Of a stretch of DNA of 64,000 bases, positions 48,457-62,205 are shown piece by piece. Source of the DNA: Guillardia theta CCMP2712 (lineage: Eukaryota > Protista > Cryptophyta); the NCBI RefSeq assembly GCF_000315625.1, contig NW_005434654.1, positions 252,273-316,272 of the forward strand, read 5' to 3'. Made by a program: the position numbers and the translations under genes. Each line of letters begins with the position of its first letter. The stretch's first letter is position 1. Under the pieces are notes generated by a model, which ran no database searches, was not told the DNA's origin, and worked only from the letters and a program-made list of their open reading frames with translations.

Positions 48457-51400
48457 ATGCCTCCCAAACGCAAGGCAGAAGAGGCCTTGGATGAGCACAA
48501 CCACTCTAGCAGGCGCTCCAAGTCAGAGCAGCAGGTCCACACAGCCTTCCTCTACACCTCTTCCTGACTTGAAGCAGGGGAGCGCCAGTACCCATGAGCC
48601 GAATGCAGATGACAACGAATACCCCTGGATTCGACGCATCCGCTTGGACAACTTCATGTGCCATAACAAGCTGACGGTGGACTTTCACAAGTACATCAAC
48701 ATCATCAATGGTCAAAACGGAACGGGCAAGAGCGCTGTGCTGACGGCGCTGGCTATCGCGCTAGGCTGCAGGTAAAACTCATGACAACAAGAAGCGTGTA
48801 TGTTGTAGTTTGTTTTCCTCTCTTACGATGTGCTTGGTCTGATCACGCTCCTAGGCCTAAGCTGACTGGTCGGTGCGATGCTCTCAAGGACCTGATCGGG
48901 CCATATGCGGACAGGAGCATCGTTGAGGTTGTGATTGTACAGTGTAGAGATGATCCTTATCGTGGAAGCAACTCCCGTGAGAACTGGGACTTTGGGAAAG
49001 AGGTCATCATCGAGAGAATAATCCAAAAGACAGGCGCCTCAGCGTTCAAGATCATGACAGAGGATAGGACCGTGGTGTCGACCAAGAAAGAAGATCTGAT
49101 GAAGATCCTACAGCATTTCAACTACCAGATCGAGAACCCCGTGCATGTTCTCTCGCAGAAAGACGCCAAGACTCTTCTGCAGTCAGCGACCAAGAAAAGC
49201 TTTTACGACTTCTTTTTCGAAGCAACGAGGTTGAAGAATGCGTATGATCTTATCAACGAGAACAAGCATCTCTCCGAGCAGCTGATGGAAATCATCAACA
49301 CGAAGGAAAAGAAGAATGCAGATTGGGAGCAGAACATCTTCACGCCAGCCAAGGAGGCGTATGACAGCATGGTAGACGCCAGAAGATTGAGTGAGGAGAA
49401 GTTCGAGCTAGCGAGAGAGCTGGCCTGGGCTGAAGTGCATGAGAAGAAGCGTACTGTCAAGAAGTGGCGATCCAAGGCTGAGGTTGTAGAGGAAGAGAAA
49501 CGATCATTACACGCAGATCTTGAACAGAGCGATAGAAAGATTGAACAACACAATGCAGTCCTTGAAAAATTGAGCTTAAAAATTGTCGAGACGAATAAGG
49601 CTACACCTGAAATCAACGAGAGGAAGGCTGCCATCGAGCACACGATCAAGGAACAAAAAGAGGAGTACAACAAGCTCAACTTCTCTCGCAACGAACTGCA
49701 AACACAGAACATGACTCTTGAGAAGGATATCGATCTCCTTGAGCAGGAAGTACAGTCCAAGCAAGCTACCGGATCTAAGCCAGCCAAAGTGTCACTGAAC
49801 GCACTCAAGGTCCGAGACAGAGTCCCTTGGACGCTCAAGGCGGTGATTGATCGATTTGCAACAGGTCAGAAAGGAGGAGCTCGAGGCAGAAATAGAAGAT
49901 TACGGTACACAAAGACAGGAAGCAGAAGTACAAGTCGTCTCGCTACGAAATGAGCTGAGTCAGGCTGAGGAAGAGGTAAGCTTGCACGTGCAGCCCTGGC
50001 TGGGCTGATACGCTTGCGTTGATCACGTGGATGCTGGAGTCTCACTTGGAATGCAGTCATCCATCCTGAGACGAGAACTCGACAGAGATGAGAAAGAACA
50101 CGACAGGTTGAAGCTCATCGGAAGCGGAGACAGACTTGCATCTTTCGGGCCTGAGGTGAAGCAGATGGCAGAGCTCATCTCACGTAATCAAGCTCGCTTT
50201 GGAGGGAATCCCCCCATAGGACCCGTGGGAGCTTACATCAAGCTGAAAGACCAGCGATGGTCCAAAGCCGTCGGGAATGCTCTGGGTCGGTTTGCATCCT
50301 ACTTTTTGGTTCGCAAGAACGCAGACAAGGACACCTGCATGTCTCTTTGGGAAGAGAAAAATCCCAGACGGAGATCGGACGGGAGGTCGTCGCTACAGTT
50401 TGCAAGCATGAACTCCGACCAGTTTGACAAGAACATCTGCCCGTACCGTGATCACAATACTATCATGGACGTGATCGAGATCGACAGTCAAGACGCTTTC
50501 ACGAAGAATGTGATCCTCAACTTTCTGATTGACACTTGTTCGATCAATGAGATCCATGTGGCTGTTAGCTTTCAAGAGGCTACAGGCATTATCCGCAGAC
50601 GACTAGAATCAGTGACTTTGTCCAATGGTGTTATGCACGAGATTCGTAGAGAAGCGTACAGCTTGGACTCAGAGCAGCGTAATGTCGATCGCTGGCAGAG
50701 GGCAAAGCGGGATGGATCGGAAGTGACGAAACCTGTGTACAGCAAAGCTTACTTCTCCGTCGACGTGTCGGGAGAGGTTGAGAGAGTGAAGAGAAAAATC
50801 ATCGACACCAAGAGCAAGCTGGAGAGCGCGAAAGCAAAGCTTGAGTCTCTGAAGTCTGAGAGAAGCGAATGGGAGAGAAGAGCAGTGGGAGCTACGAAGG
50901 AGCTGAACAAGAAGCAGAGGTACGGAGGGAGTGCTCAAGGCAGGCACGAGATGGAGAGGCTGACACGCGTGAGCAGAGAGCTGCATGAGTTGAGAGAGCA
51001 AATCGAAGAAGTGATGAGCGAAGAGAGCCTGAATGTCAACACCGATGGAACAGCTGTCTTGCAGGAGGTTTGCCTTGACTCTCATTGCCTCTCAGTCGTG
51101 AGTGCATGGAGCTGACTGCGAGATTGCAGGAGATCGCAACCAAGCAAGATAGCATCTTCAGGAACAAGAAGGTCATAGCAGAGCTGTCGAAGAAGCTTTC
51201 GGAACAAGAGGATAGGATCAAGACCTCGATGAAGAACAAGGAGGAAATACAAAAAGAAATATCGGTCGTGGCAAAAGATATCAAGCTTATTCAAGAGGAG
51301 CTCCAGGATACTCGAGAGAAGCTTAGCAAGGCAACGAGTACGAAGAACAAGATTTCCATGAAGATCAGCGACCTGGAGGGCAGGCTAGAAGCCGCAAGGA

Positions 51401-52658
51401 AGAAAGAGGAGGAAGCGGACCAGGACCTGCAGGTAGAGAAGGCATGGAGGAGGTTGAGACCTGCTGACACGGCCAAAAGCTCTACATGGAAGAGCTAGAG
51501 AAGAACGCAAGCGACTGGATCGAGAACGAGTTCACTGACCCGAGAGAAAGGTCGGCGGTGGAGGAAGAGATCCGAGCGATGGAGTGAGTATGCAGGAGAG
51601 GATGGGAGAGAGAGCACTGATGGAGATCGCCAGGAAGAAGATCAAGGAGATCGAGAAGGGAAGAGACTCGCACGTGATCGAGATGGAGTACACGCGGCTG
51701 GTGATCATCGTATCTCACACATTAGAGGCAGTACCAGTGATTTTGATGGTCTGCAGGAATCCGAGAGGAAACGACGAGAGCGGCTGTTCCAAGAGATCTC
51801 CGAGCTGTCGCACGTAAGGACTTGCATGTTGATTGTTGACCATCAACGCGTCGACATCGTCGTGACCATGGTCATCCGCAGAAACTTGTGGAGAGCCAGA
51901 AACTGAGACAGAAGAGCTTCACAAAAAACAGAAGACTGTATGGGGAAATGACCTCCCAGAAGTTTGCTCGCTTCGTATCACAGAGAGACTTCAAAGGAGA
52001 ATGTCGCTTCGATCACAAGGAGATGGAGATGACGGTGTGAGACCCTACACAGACATCTCATCTCTTTTCCTTGTGCTGAGCTTCTTGCTTCTTATCCTCT
52101 CTGTTCCTTGCATGGCGATGTTCTTGTTGTCTTGGGACCTGCTCCCTTTCGCTGGGCTCTCCATTTCCCGTCCATTTCTACTTCCTGACGTCATCTTACA
52201 GCCCGTGGTGAGGACGGAGTCTCGAGAAGAGGAAGCGGGAGAGACAGATGCAGTGGAGATTCGCAACCTGTCCGGAGGAGAACGCTCCTTCTCGACCATC
52301 TGCCTGGTAGAGGAGGGAGGCGGGGTGCTGTAGCTGAATCCAATCAGGTACTATCCCTCAACCAGGTGGATTGTGCACCCATCCTAGCAGTAGACGAGTG
52401 GGATGTCTTCATGGATGAGCGGAATCGTCGGCTCTCCCTGGACATCATTCTCAAGGTTCTCTCTCTCTCTCTTCTGCGAGCTGCTGCAGGATCAGCCGGC
52501 ATGTCTGGTCGCTGAACATGCGGCAGGTGTTGGGTCATCGCCCTCTGTCGCAGGCGATCATCATCTCTCCTCACTCCGTCGACGCTGTGGCTGACGGGCC
52601 GAAAGTGAAGAAGATCACGATGAGGCCTATCGACCGCCTTCAACGACGGATGGGTTAG
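48457..52658 (+). CDS. SMC6: Structural maintenance of chromosomes protein 6
   Basis: NFMCH...GQNGTGKSAVLTALAIALG (Walker A), NPVHVLSQKDAKTLL, hinge PPIGPVGAYIKL, signature LSGGERSFST, Walker B VDEWDVFMD; long coiled coils. Confidence 0.92.
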
Positions 52659-54471
52659 GCACATCTCTGGGATCGCGAGCTGCATTCATGTGGTCCGTCC
52701 AGCGCCGGGCTCTGTCTCAGACATACGCATGATTTCAGCTACAACACGATGAATACACAACTTGTGTTCTTTTTTAAAGATTAGTTTGCCACGTTAACAG
52801 GCTGGGTACGGTGAACTCCAACGAACTCTGACAATAATTATCAGCTGTAGCTCTGTTGTAACTTGAATGTCTACACGCGGCGTCTGTAGCGGACACAGAC
52901 ACAGGCACCGTGCATAGCTGCTCGCCAGGCTTCAAAGTTCTTACTCGCCTGTGACTGCCCTTAAAACGCCGGACTGCGCCAACTATCCGGGGGGCAGCGA
53001 CCGTCATGCCCTGTGCGATGCGGGCAAAAATGGGTTCGCCACCCAGGCCAGACTTACTTTTTTCCAAGTTTTGGGCCGCATTTTTTGTGCTCCTCCAAGT
53101 CACTCCGGCTGCATGGCACTGACTGTACGGGCTAATGCTGATTGTTGATAATCCCAAGCTGTGCACGAAGTTGAATTAACTGGTCAGACGTGTGCCTTAT
53201 GCCTGCACGTAATGTTCCGGTTGTTGCTTTTTAAAGAGCTTCCAGAAGTCACAAACAAGCAGCTCAGGAACCCTCTGCTGCATTCCCATCCTCAAGGACC
53301 TTTAATTTCAGCCGCACTTCAAGCAAGGATGCATTGCGACAAGAACCATTTGCAGCCATGTTGGGTAACCACTAGACTTATTGCTCGGCAAAGAGCGAGA
53401 AGACAAGTCTTAAAAACACTTTTAGCAATATAAAATTACTTTTCCTTATAAATATAATGTAAAAATTTGCGGTACCGGAGTTCGTACCTTATCCTCAGGA
53501 GTCGGAGGACCGGCTTACGAACATAATTCTTTTCGTGAAGCAGTTTGTACAGATCAGCCGATGGAAACTGTTCAAAAGAAGTGTTTTCGAATGGAGATTG
53601 GAATGGGATTTCTGGCCGTGTGGCCATGTGGCATCTGGAAGGGGTACAAAGTGCTGTACAAAAGGGGGTCCAACTCACACCACCCTCCCACATATCTCAG
53701 GCTGCGCCCGTCAATCTTATAATCAATTTACATCAATCGTTTTGATTTCAATATCCAATAGGCCTAAGAATGTCCCTACCACCCCCCCCCTCCCTCCCTC
53801 CGAACCCACCCAATCACGTGAGATGAAGGTCGATGACCCGTACTGATGAGGTATTGAACCCTCTGATTTCCCATCCAGTATCACCACCCCACTCCCTCAC
53901 CCTCGTTGTTGACCAGACACTTCAGAACCAACAATGTTTTTATCTTATATATATAACAGTACTATCGTCACGACTTCTTGAGTAATATTAATATAGAATA
54001 TATAAACACCCCACCCTTCCTTCAACTTCGAGTAAACTCAAATACCGGTCATTTTCTCTTGAAGTGCAGTTCATTACATGAGGTCTCAGGGGTCCCACAC
54101 CCCATCCCCACCCCCACCATCCCCCACCCACCCCATTCTGCCTTGCTACTGGCGAAGCTGCATGCGCGCAGGGCAAGGACAGAGGAAGAGGAGCTTCTGA
54201 CGTCTACGAGTCTGCTCGCGTCTTCCCCCCCCTTCCTCTCAGCTCCTTTTCCCTCCCTTTCAACGATCAGAAACAGAAACTTGGTGTGCTGCAAGCACGT
54301 ACTTTCTCATTCGACCACAGCAAACAATCTTGTGCGGGCACCCTGCCGACTTGGGTGGGAGTACGTTCGATCGTTTACTTCTGTTGGAGTGAGAACCCAC
54401 GACAAAAGATGCTTCGAGCCCATAAGCAAACACAACTGCCTTGTGGTAATTGAAGCTTGAGGAACTTCTTC

Positions 54472-57345
54472 ATGCTCCAACTTGAAAAGATCCCATCCGG
54501 CATGCCTCTGTCCCCTGTCAGCCCGGATAGCGAAGATGGCAACCAATCGAGCCTCGGTCTGCAGAACTCTATCGGCAACGACTCAATTGAGTCCCAAACA
54601 AACAGAACGGTGAGATGCCCGTGAATTCGATGGTAGTGATTGAAAATGTCGAACGGCCAGGGCTCAATGGCGTCTGAAATCCTGGGCCAAGGCTGTTGTA
54701 ACGAGCAGGACTGGGACTACCTAGAGGATGATTATTATACCAACGAGGTAGCTATTTCATTCCTCGTGTTTCAGTAGATAACATGTCCGCAGGAGCGTGA
54801 AGAACTGAAGGAGACGGTCCTACAGGAGCATGAAGAGCGGCTGAAGGAGAAAGAGGCTTCGGGTGGACGAAAGTGTGTTGCTTTGGAGATTTTAACGACG
54901 TAATCAGATGCTGTCCGACACTGGCACAAGTCAGGAACAGAACTTGGCCGTGGAACTTTCGGAGTCGTTTATGAGGCGATCGACGCGGAGACTGGAGAAA
55001 TCTTTGCAGTGAAGGAGGTTTCAAACTGTGCCACATGTGATATCTTTTCTGATTTCTCGGCTTCTTAGGTGGATTCTATTTCGATGAGACCAAAAGCAGT
55101 GAAATCACTTGAAAAAGAAATGGACACTTTGAGACAACTGAAGCATGTCAACATTGTCCGTTATCGGGGAATGCAGTTTGAGAAGGGCAGATTAAGCCTT
55201 TTCATGGAGTTGTGTACTGGTGGAAGCATTTCTTCTGTGCTGGATACATTTGGACCATTGACTGAAAGCATTGTGAGAAGGTAAATTATCGCGGAATGCA
55301 GATTCATGTCATGACTATTGGGTTTCACAGGTATACCTGTCAAATGCTCTGTGGACTAGATTACCTGCACCGGCATTGCATCGTTCACAGAGATGTTAAG
55401 TGTGCAAATGCTTTGCTCAACAGTGCTGGACAGCTCAAACTAGCAGATTTTGGTGGATCAAAATGGTTGTCTGAATGTTCTACTGGATCTCTACATGGAA
55501 CAGCAAGGTTGCCCGTCAATTACATGAGTGTCACAGCATTCTGAAGTGATGGTACAGGTATCTTGCGCCGGAAGTTTTGCGTGGAGAGCGCATTGGGAGA
55601 CAGGTCGATATTTGGGCTGTAGGCTGTTGCGTTGTAGAAATGTTGACCAGACAGGTATATCAAGTTTGCAATGCGTATGTCTTTTTGACGAAGTGGATTT
55701 CGCAGTTGCCTTTTGTTGACCAGTTCAGCAATGATTTTACGTTGATGCGAGGGCTTTCTAAACTCGATTTACCGCCTGAACCTCCAGAGAACTTCCCGAA
55801 GGATGCTGCGATGTTTGTCAAAGAGTGCTTCGTGATGAATCCGAAGCTACGGCCATCCGCGTACAGGTTGCTCAAGCACTCGTTCTTCAACAACGATGAA
55901 GTCGAATCGCCTCATCGGAGGGTCGATGCTACATCCATGTCAGGGGAAATGGGAAATGGAAATAGTTCTTTGGACAACGATATGGGAAGCTTTGGAGAGT
56001 CGATGCGTAGATCTTCATTGAAAATGTCTGCTATGCATGGTAGTGCACGGTATCGTTCAACCAATTACGATTCTCTAGTATCTTCAAATGGCTTAGCTGA
56101 CTTTCTGGATCTGGATGAATCGATCCCGGAGCAGAAGCAGCTAAAAGAGTGGATAAAGGAGAACGATAGAGAAACTTTGTCCTTCGCTGTTGACGACGGC
56201 GATGTGGTTCCATCCTTGGGTGCTGTACTTGGAGTTGTTTGGTCCAGGACGGTTCGCTCCAGAGAGGCTGTATTTGTTAATGTAGATATATCGGAAAGCA
56301 AGACTCCAGCTATCGAATGGCCTACAGAGAAGATTTTCCCAGCGGATCTTGAACAAGAGTGAGTGATATGATCGCTCATTGTTATGGCTGACTTTCAACG
56401 CTGCAGATATGAATGTTTCCTCAAGAAAACCTTTCCAGGCAGAATAAAGAGGACTGCACTCTTCCTTGATGCAGTATTGGTTGTCTCGTTGCTCAAGGCG
56501 ATATTCGAGATTGCAGTTTACAAGAATGCTCATGATATTGTGAACATTGCCCGAATAACTGGATGTGCTTCTTGGCGACTAATGACAAGAATCCCTGAGG
56601 AAGTTTGTGCCAAGGTATTTGCATTCATGGACTGAATGTTAAGACTTGAGCGTATCTTGACCATTTTTCAGATTTTCTTTGGCATGCGATGCTTTACATA
56701 TTTCTGTATCTTCGTCGTCTTACGATCCACGTGGAATGGGGACGGTGCCGCTTGGTTTTACATCAATCAATTGGGTATCTTCGTTTTCTTCCAGTGTTTC
56801 TTGCCATCGCTCACAGAGGTCTTGTGAAGCTAAGGATAGTCTGCTTTGTTGACGTGGATGTTGCAGAGCTGTATCTGGGTTGTTGTGCTGTTCCTCACCC
56901 GCTTTCTGGTGGTGATCGATCACTATCTAAAGGGATATCATGCGTTGAATACAGTAAGACGGAGAAGCTGAAGCCTGCGCGATTTCTGATAGTTTGCTGC
57001 AGCAGGAGTGGAGGGATAGCGAGAAATCCTTTACTCGGACACTCACTGACCTGGTATAAGAAAGATACAGCCAATTGATTTTCGCTGACTTGGAGATGCT
57101 CAGACGCTGTTGTTCTTCTCTTCTGCGATGATAATTCAGCTGCTGCTCAGTGATAGAATGCTCTCACGAATCAAGTTCGCTCTTGAGGTGAAAAGTCGGC
57201 GGTTGCCGATTGTAGCTGGTTGAAATGTGTGCAGGTTCGCCGGAAATTTATCAAGCGCAACCCTGGCAGCGAGGCGAAGCAGTTGGATACTGCACGAAAG
57301 AGCGCGGAGTATGGGATCAAACAAAGGAAGCACTTTGTGCAGTGA
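54472..57345 (+). CDS. STE11/MAPKKK-like Ser/Thr kinase with C-terminal multi-transmembrane region
   Basis: [10 protein letters not shown]...[46 protein letters not shown]. Later exons are hydrophobic ([42 protein letters not shown]). Confidence 0.85.
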
Positions 57346-57524
57346 GGTCCAAGGATGTTGTATATGTCAAAGGGGAGATAGGGTGAGATGGCAAGGGAGG
57401 AGGATCGATAGATCATTGTACAAAGGGCAGCTGGGTCAAATAGTGTAATTTGATTGAAAGATGTTGAAGAATGCTGTGTGTGTGCAGGCGCAGAAGAAGA
57501 AGATTTGACATCAGACAAATATGA

Positions 57525-59900
57525 TCAAGACTGTCTGCATCCTGCTCGCTGCTGCTCGATTGCTTGCTGCAAGGTGGAGAGTGGGAGCAGCGAAACGCAA
57601 CCTAAGCGGCACAGTGAGGCGGAGGAAAAGGGATGAAAATATTTTTCTACCGGACTCCTCCATCTGCACACGATTGCTGTCAGCAATCCGCTGCGCCTCT
57701 AAAGGCCATCCACATCAGATCAAGATCAGGGGCGAGAACGCACAGAACCTTCGAAGTCCCAGCAAGGTCCCTCGGCGCAAGGAGACCACAACCTGACGTC
57801 TCTTCCTTGCCCGGCTGTCGCTAGTAGCATTCGTCGGGGTGAACTCTATTCCTCCAACAGTCACAATCCCTCACTCCAATTACTCAGCGACGAACCCTCG
57901 TCCCTCCCATCGCCGCTCCCCCCCTCCACTCATCCACTCCTCCACCTCCCTCCCTTCTCCCCTGCCTCCCTCCCCGTTCTCTGCTCATATGCTCATCTAC
58001 CCCTTCTGACCTGAACGCGGCTCACGATCTCTTCACCAGCACTGAATGACATGCACAGCCTCCCGCTTGCTCTGTCCCAGATGTACCTGACGCGGCGTCA
58101 TGATCGGAATTCTCGCATCAGTGGCTTACACTCTCCCATCGTCGCTCCCACTCACGACGTACTGCTCCTCAGAGCCGAAGAAAATCACGTTATGCAACTG
58201 CCAGTCAAGGGCGTCAGACTCACGAAGCAAGCGAGGCGGAGCGAGAGACTTCTCACCCCCCGCACGCTGAGATGCCCCTGGTAGCGCATTGAGAACTTCC
58301 CTGTCTTGCTCTTCCTCTCCTTCTCCTGCTCGTCTGGCTTGTTCCTTCCCGTCTGCTCATTATGTCCCGATTCCGCATGAGTTTCTTCCTCACATCCGTC
58401 ACGCTCTGCCGCAGCATGCAAGGAGCGCCCTGCTGCCGCATGCTCCTGCTCTGCCCTACTCGGCACGGGACGCTGCAAGGACCGGTGGATCAAGTCGGTG
58501 GAGTTGAAGCGGAGCTTTCCATCCATGTCGACCGTCAGGTTGCTGTATGTCCCTTCATCGTCAGAGAGCACAATGGGGCGACGTTGCGCTACTGCCTGGA
58601 GGGTTTGGGACAAAAAATTGAGGGCTGGGTTGCCCGAGTCGGTGAAGTGCTCCTGCTCTGACCCGCGCTGCGATGGCTGTGACGGAAGGGCCTCGCCAGT
58701 CGCCTCTTTGTCCTCGTCAGCAACAAACTGTGTAAACTGATCCCCGTGGTGAGGGTGGAGGAGGTAGATGCGATCTCTGTTGAAGGAGGCGAGGAGAGAC
58801 GTCCCCCCTTCATCGTACTTCACGCACGTCACCACCTTGCCCTTGAAGCTCCTTCCTTTGTGGCCGCTGAGATGATGGGGTGACCAGCAGCTGACCGGCT
58901 CGACCTCACGGGCCTCGTAGCTCGAGGACGATCCCTTCACGCTCAGCATCCTCCGATCGAAGGACCGGACGACGCTTTCGTTCCCTCCCGTGGTCAGCAG
59001 CTCCGGCCGACAGGGGTTTATGTCCATAGTGAGAACTTCTGCCGATCTCTTCCCTTCCGCAAGCCTGCGATGATCGATGAGCACGTTTGCTCTGTTCTCC
59101 TCCTCCTCCCCGCAAGACCCTGGACTTCTGCTGTCTACTTGGCGGACTGTGCCTGCGCCGCAGTTAGCAACCCGCACATCGAAAATGAGTCTCACCATCA
59201 CTGCTGCAGCTCAAGACCACATGCGGATACAGCGGATCAGTCAAGACTTGCAGGGCGCTCTCCGAGTGCCGGATCGTCGGTCTCTCCGAGCAAACTCCGT
59301 CGACGTGCGAGAGGAAGATGGTGCCGTCCTTGGAGCAGGACCATATCGAGTGATCCATGGCCCCCCTGGCGAACTCCAGCCCAAAGATGCAGCCGGAATG
59401 ACGTGTGCTGATCGAGCTGACGAGCCTGGAGGCTCCTGCATGCCAGATCAAGACACGGCTGTTAATGCAGCCCGAGGCGAGAAGGTCGCCGTTCCTGTTG
59501 AAAGCCAAAGCATTGACACAGCTGCTTGTACAAGGAGTCAACGGCGAGACAGCAGAGGGGAAAGGACAGGAGGGGAGGGGGGGATGGAATGGGAACCTCT
59601 GATGTCCCTCGAGCTTGCTCTCAAGATCCAGTCGAGTTAGAAGAGAATCCGAAGCTCGGCGAATGGTTAGAGTACACCTTGACAAGAATCAGCAGCTCGC
59701 ATGCTTGAGAACCCACGCTGCATGCGCATTGTTTGAATACCCGCTTCTCTCGTACATGCTCTCTTCTAGATCTACTATCCTTCATCTTCCTTTCTGTTTC
59801 ATCTAAGTTCTACATCTACTAGAACCCTTGGGCGTCTCGAAGAATCCTCGTCCTCCAGCACCTGCGAGTACCTTGATGGTACCTCTATGTATCAACAAGC
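57525..59900 (-). CDS. WD40 protein, DCAF8/DCAF6/WDTC1-like CUL4-DDB1 substrate receptor (start uncertain)
   Basis: KLEGH|SCVNALAFNRNGDLLASG, HSGCIFGLEF, VRSFDRR, LLASFNRDRIYL, RYQGH, YVVSGSDDG, LLATAGQGRDVRLWSP; C-terminus ...GCRQS*. Confidence 0.8.
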
Positions 59901-60540
59901 TGATCTAACCATCCAAGAGTTTGAGTGCTCATCATCATCGTGTGTTCGTGTTGCTTCTCTTCCTCCCTCTCACTGCTCACCTGCCATCTCGCCGCCGCCA
60001 TCGCCCGTCTTCCCTCTCCCGCACCGCTCGCATCATCTTGCAGGAGCCAAAGTTTCAGTCAACCCCACATGAGACTTGTACCACATACTTTACTCATCAT
60101 CAGAGAACTGACGCTCAGTAAGGCATGTCGGGCCGTGCAGCTTTTGTCCGATGCCGGGTGAGCCCGCCTATGAACGCCAACTGTGAGACGCTCAAAGACA
60201 ACGAAGGCGGATCACGAGGGGTGGGTAGTCTACTATCCCAAAGGAGGGTAGAGGTGACAAGTAAGGGGGTAGTAGCCTCCAGGGAAAACCGTTTTTCACG
60301 TCTGTATTTTGTAACGGTCACGAGGTCGACCGAAAACAGAGCGAGGTGGGGGTGGGGGTGGAATTGCAAGGGGGTCAGGGTCACCATTAGGGGAGCAGGG
60401 GGTAGTACAAGTAGGGGTCATTTTGTGTGAAAAATTCCTCCAAAGGACCAGTAGGGTGTTACAACGTGCCAATTGTCGGTATGAGGGTAGGGGTCATCAA
60501 AGTTGGGTAGGGTGTGGGGGAACAGAACGGCCTCCAATCA

Positions 60541-62061
60541 ATGGCGGCCACGATTGCTAAGTATGCGGCGATGGCAGCGATCATGGCTCCCACGATGGCC
60601 TACATGCCACAGGTGAAGTCTATATGACGACATAGAGTAGAGGGGGAGAATAAGTCAAGCAGAAAACATGCGCCGAAGGAGTGGGAGGTAGGCAGGTGAC
60701 GGGAATGTGAAGGGGTTCCTAGTAGGTTCAAGGATGAAACCCTGAGATGTGAAGTGGAGACATATGAGATAGCCGGCATCCTCTTGTTGGACATTTGATC
60801 CGATACAATCGATTCTCTTTGTGCCTAAGACCAATGCATTTCTCATAGAGAAACAAAAGACACCACTAGTAGTGATGTGGGGGGAGAAGCAGGGAAGGTG
60901 TCGATGTATACTTGGAAGCAGCACAGTTCAGAGGATGGTTATCTTCCTATTGAGATCCTCATGCTTGATATTCTGTCATGAAGTCTCTTCCCGCAACTGC
61001 GGCCACCATTTCCTCAACATGACGCTTCATCCTACAGTTTGCTGGAACCGGTGTTAGCCTCCGCTCCGCTGTTTGCAATGTTCCAGTCGCGCATGCACCC
61101 AGACACTCTCTTGCATTGAGAATGTCGGACGATGCTGTGGCTGAGATTGCGGGAGTGAAAGAGGTAACAGCAGTCACATCCTTTCATGTCTCGTGTGTAG
61201 CTCACAGATTTCCTCCCGCAGGAGACCGATGGAGAGCAGCGCTCGTTGAAGAAGACCAGGACAAACAAGCGCCGCACTCCTTCCAAGAACAAGAAGCCTC
61301 TCTCTGACTACGAGGTTGGCAGCACTGTCCCTGGCAAGGTTGTCTCCATCATGCCGTACGGAGCCTTCGTCGACATCGGCGCTACCACCGACGGTCTTGT
61401 CCACGTCTCTCAGCTTGCTGATGAATTTGTCTCGGACATCGAGAGCGTTGTCAAGGTTGGAGATGAGGTTCAAGTGAGGATCACCGAGATCAACGCGGAC
61501 ATCAACAAAGTCTCTCTCAGTATGCGGTCAGAGAACGCTCCCAGCCGAGGGGAGAGGAACGAACGCCGCTCGGGTGGCGGCGGGAGGTCCGAGCTTCCAG
61601 AGAAGTTTAAGAACTTCGATGACAAGGAGTTCATCAAGGGAACTGTCGCAAGCTTGATGGAGTACGGAGCGTTCGTGACCATCGGCGAGGGTGTCGACGG
61701 GCTTGTCCACATCTCGCAGATCTCCGAGGAGCGAGACACCAAGATCGACAAGGTCCTGACCGTCGGCCAGGAGGTGAACTTGACGTTGCATGAGATGCTG
61801 GGAGTGACTGCTGGCACAGGTGAATGTCCGCATCATTAACTTCGACCAGAAAAGGAAGAGGCTCTCGCTGTCCATGAGGGAATGGAGGGAGCCTGAGGTT
61901 AAGCCTGAGGAGGATGAGATCAGAGGCTACATCGACGAGGTCCCAGCTGACGCCAAGGTGACCCTTGTTCTCGATTAAGTCGCTTCCTTTCTGACTCGTC
62001 CTTCTCGCAGAGCGCTTTCCAGATCGCTTGGGAGAAGGCTCAGGCTGCAGCGGCCAAGTAA
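60541..62061 (+). CDS. Plastid-targeted tandem S1-domain RNA-binding protein (similar to the S1 part of the plastid PSRP-7/EF-Ts polyprotein)
   Basis: Signal peptide MAATIAKYAAMAAIMAPTMA-YMP. Two S1 domains (GKVVSIMPYGAFVDIGATTDGLVHVSQL; GTVASLMEYGAFVTIGEGVDGLVHISQI). End SAFQIAWEKAQAAAAK*. Confidence 0.85.
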
Positions 62062-62205
62062 TTTGTTTCGCGATTCCTATGATACCTCGTCGTCGGAGAG
62101 CTGTAATGTCTTTCTTGTTTTGCCACTACAACAGTGGTAGTGCTTGTCTTTCATTGAATCCTGCAAACATTGAATTTAACTCCTCCGCTCCCCCATCCCA
62201 GCTGT

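Noticed and set aside
46785-52658. Functional cluster of PSMB4, SMC6, DCAF and the PAC-like gene
   Set aside because: Unrelated housekeeping genes in a compact genome; adjacency alone is not evidence of a system.
52700-53700. Short minus-strand ORFs (52774-53166, 53436-53693) between SMC6 and the kinase
   Set aside because: Could not assemble a consistent spliced frame or recognise a motif; may be a degenerate gene or intergenic DNA.
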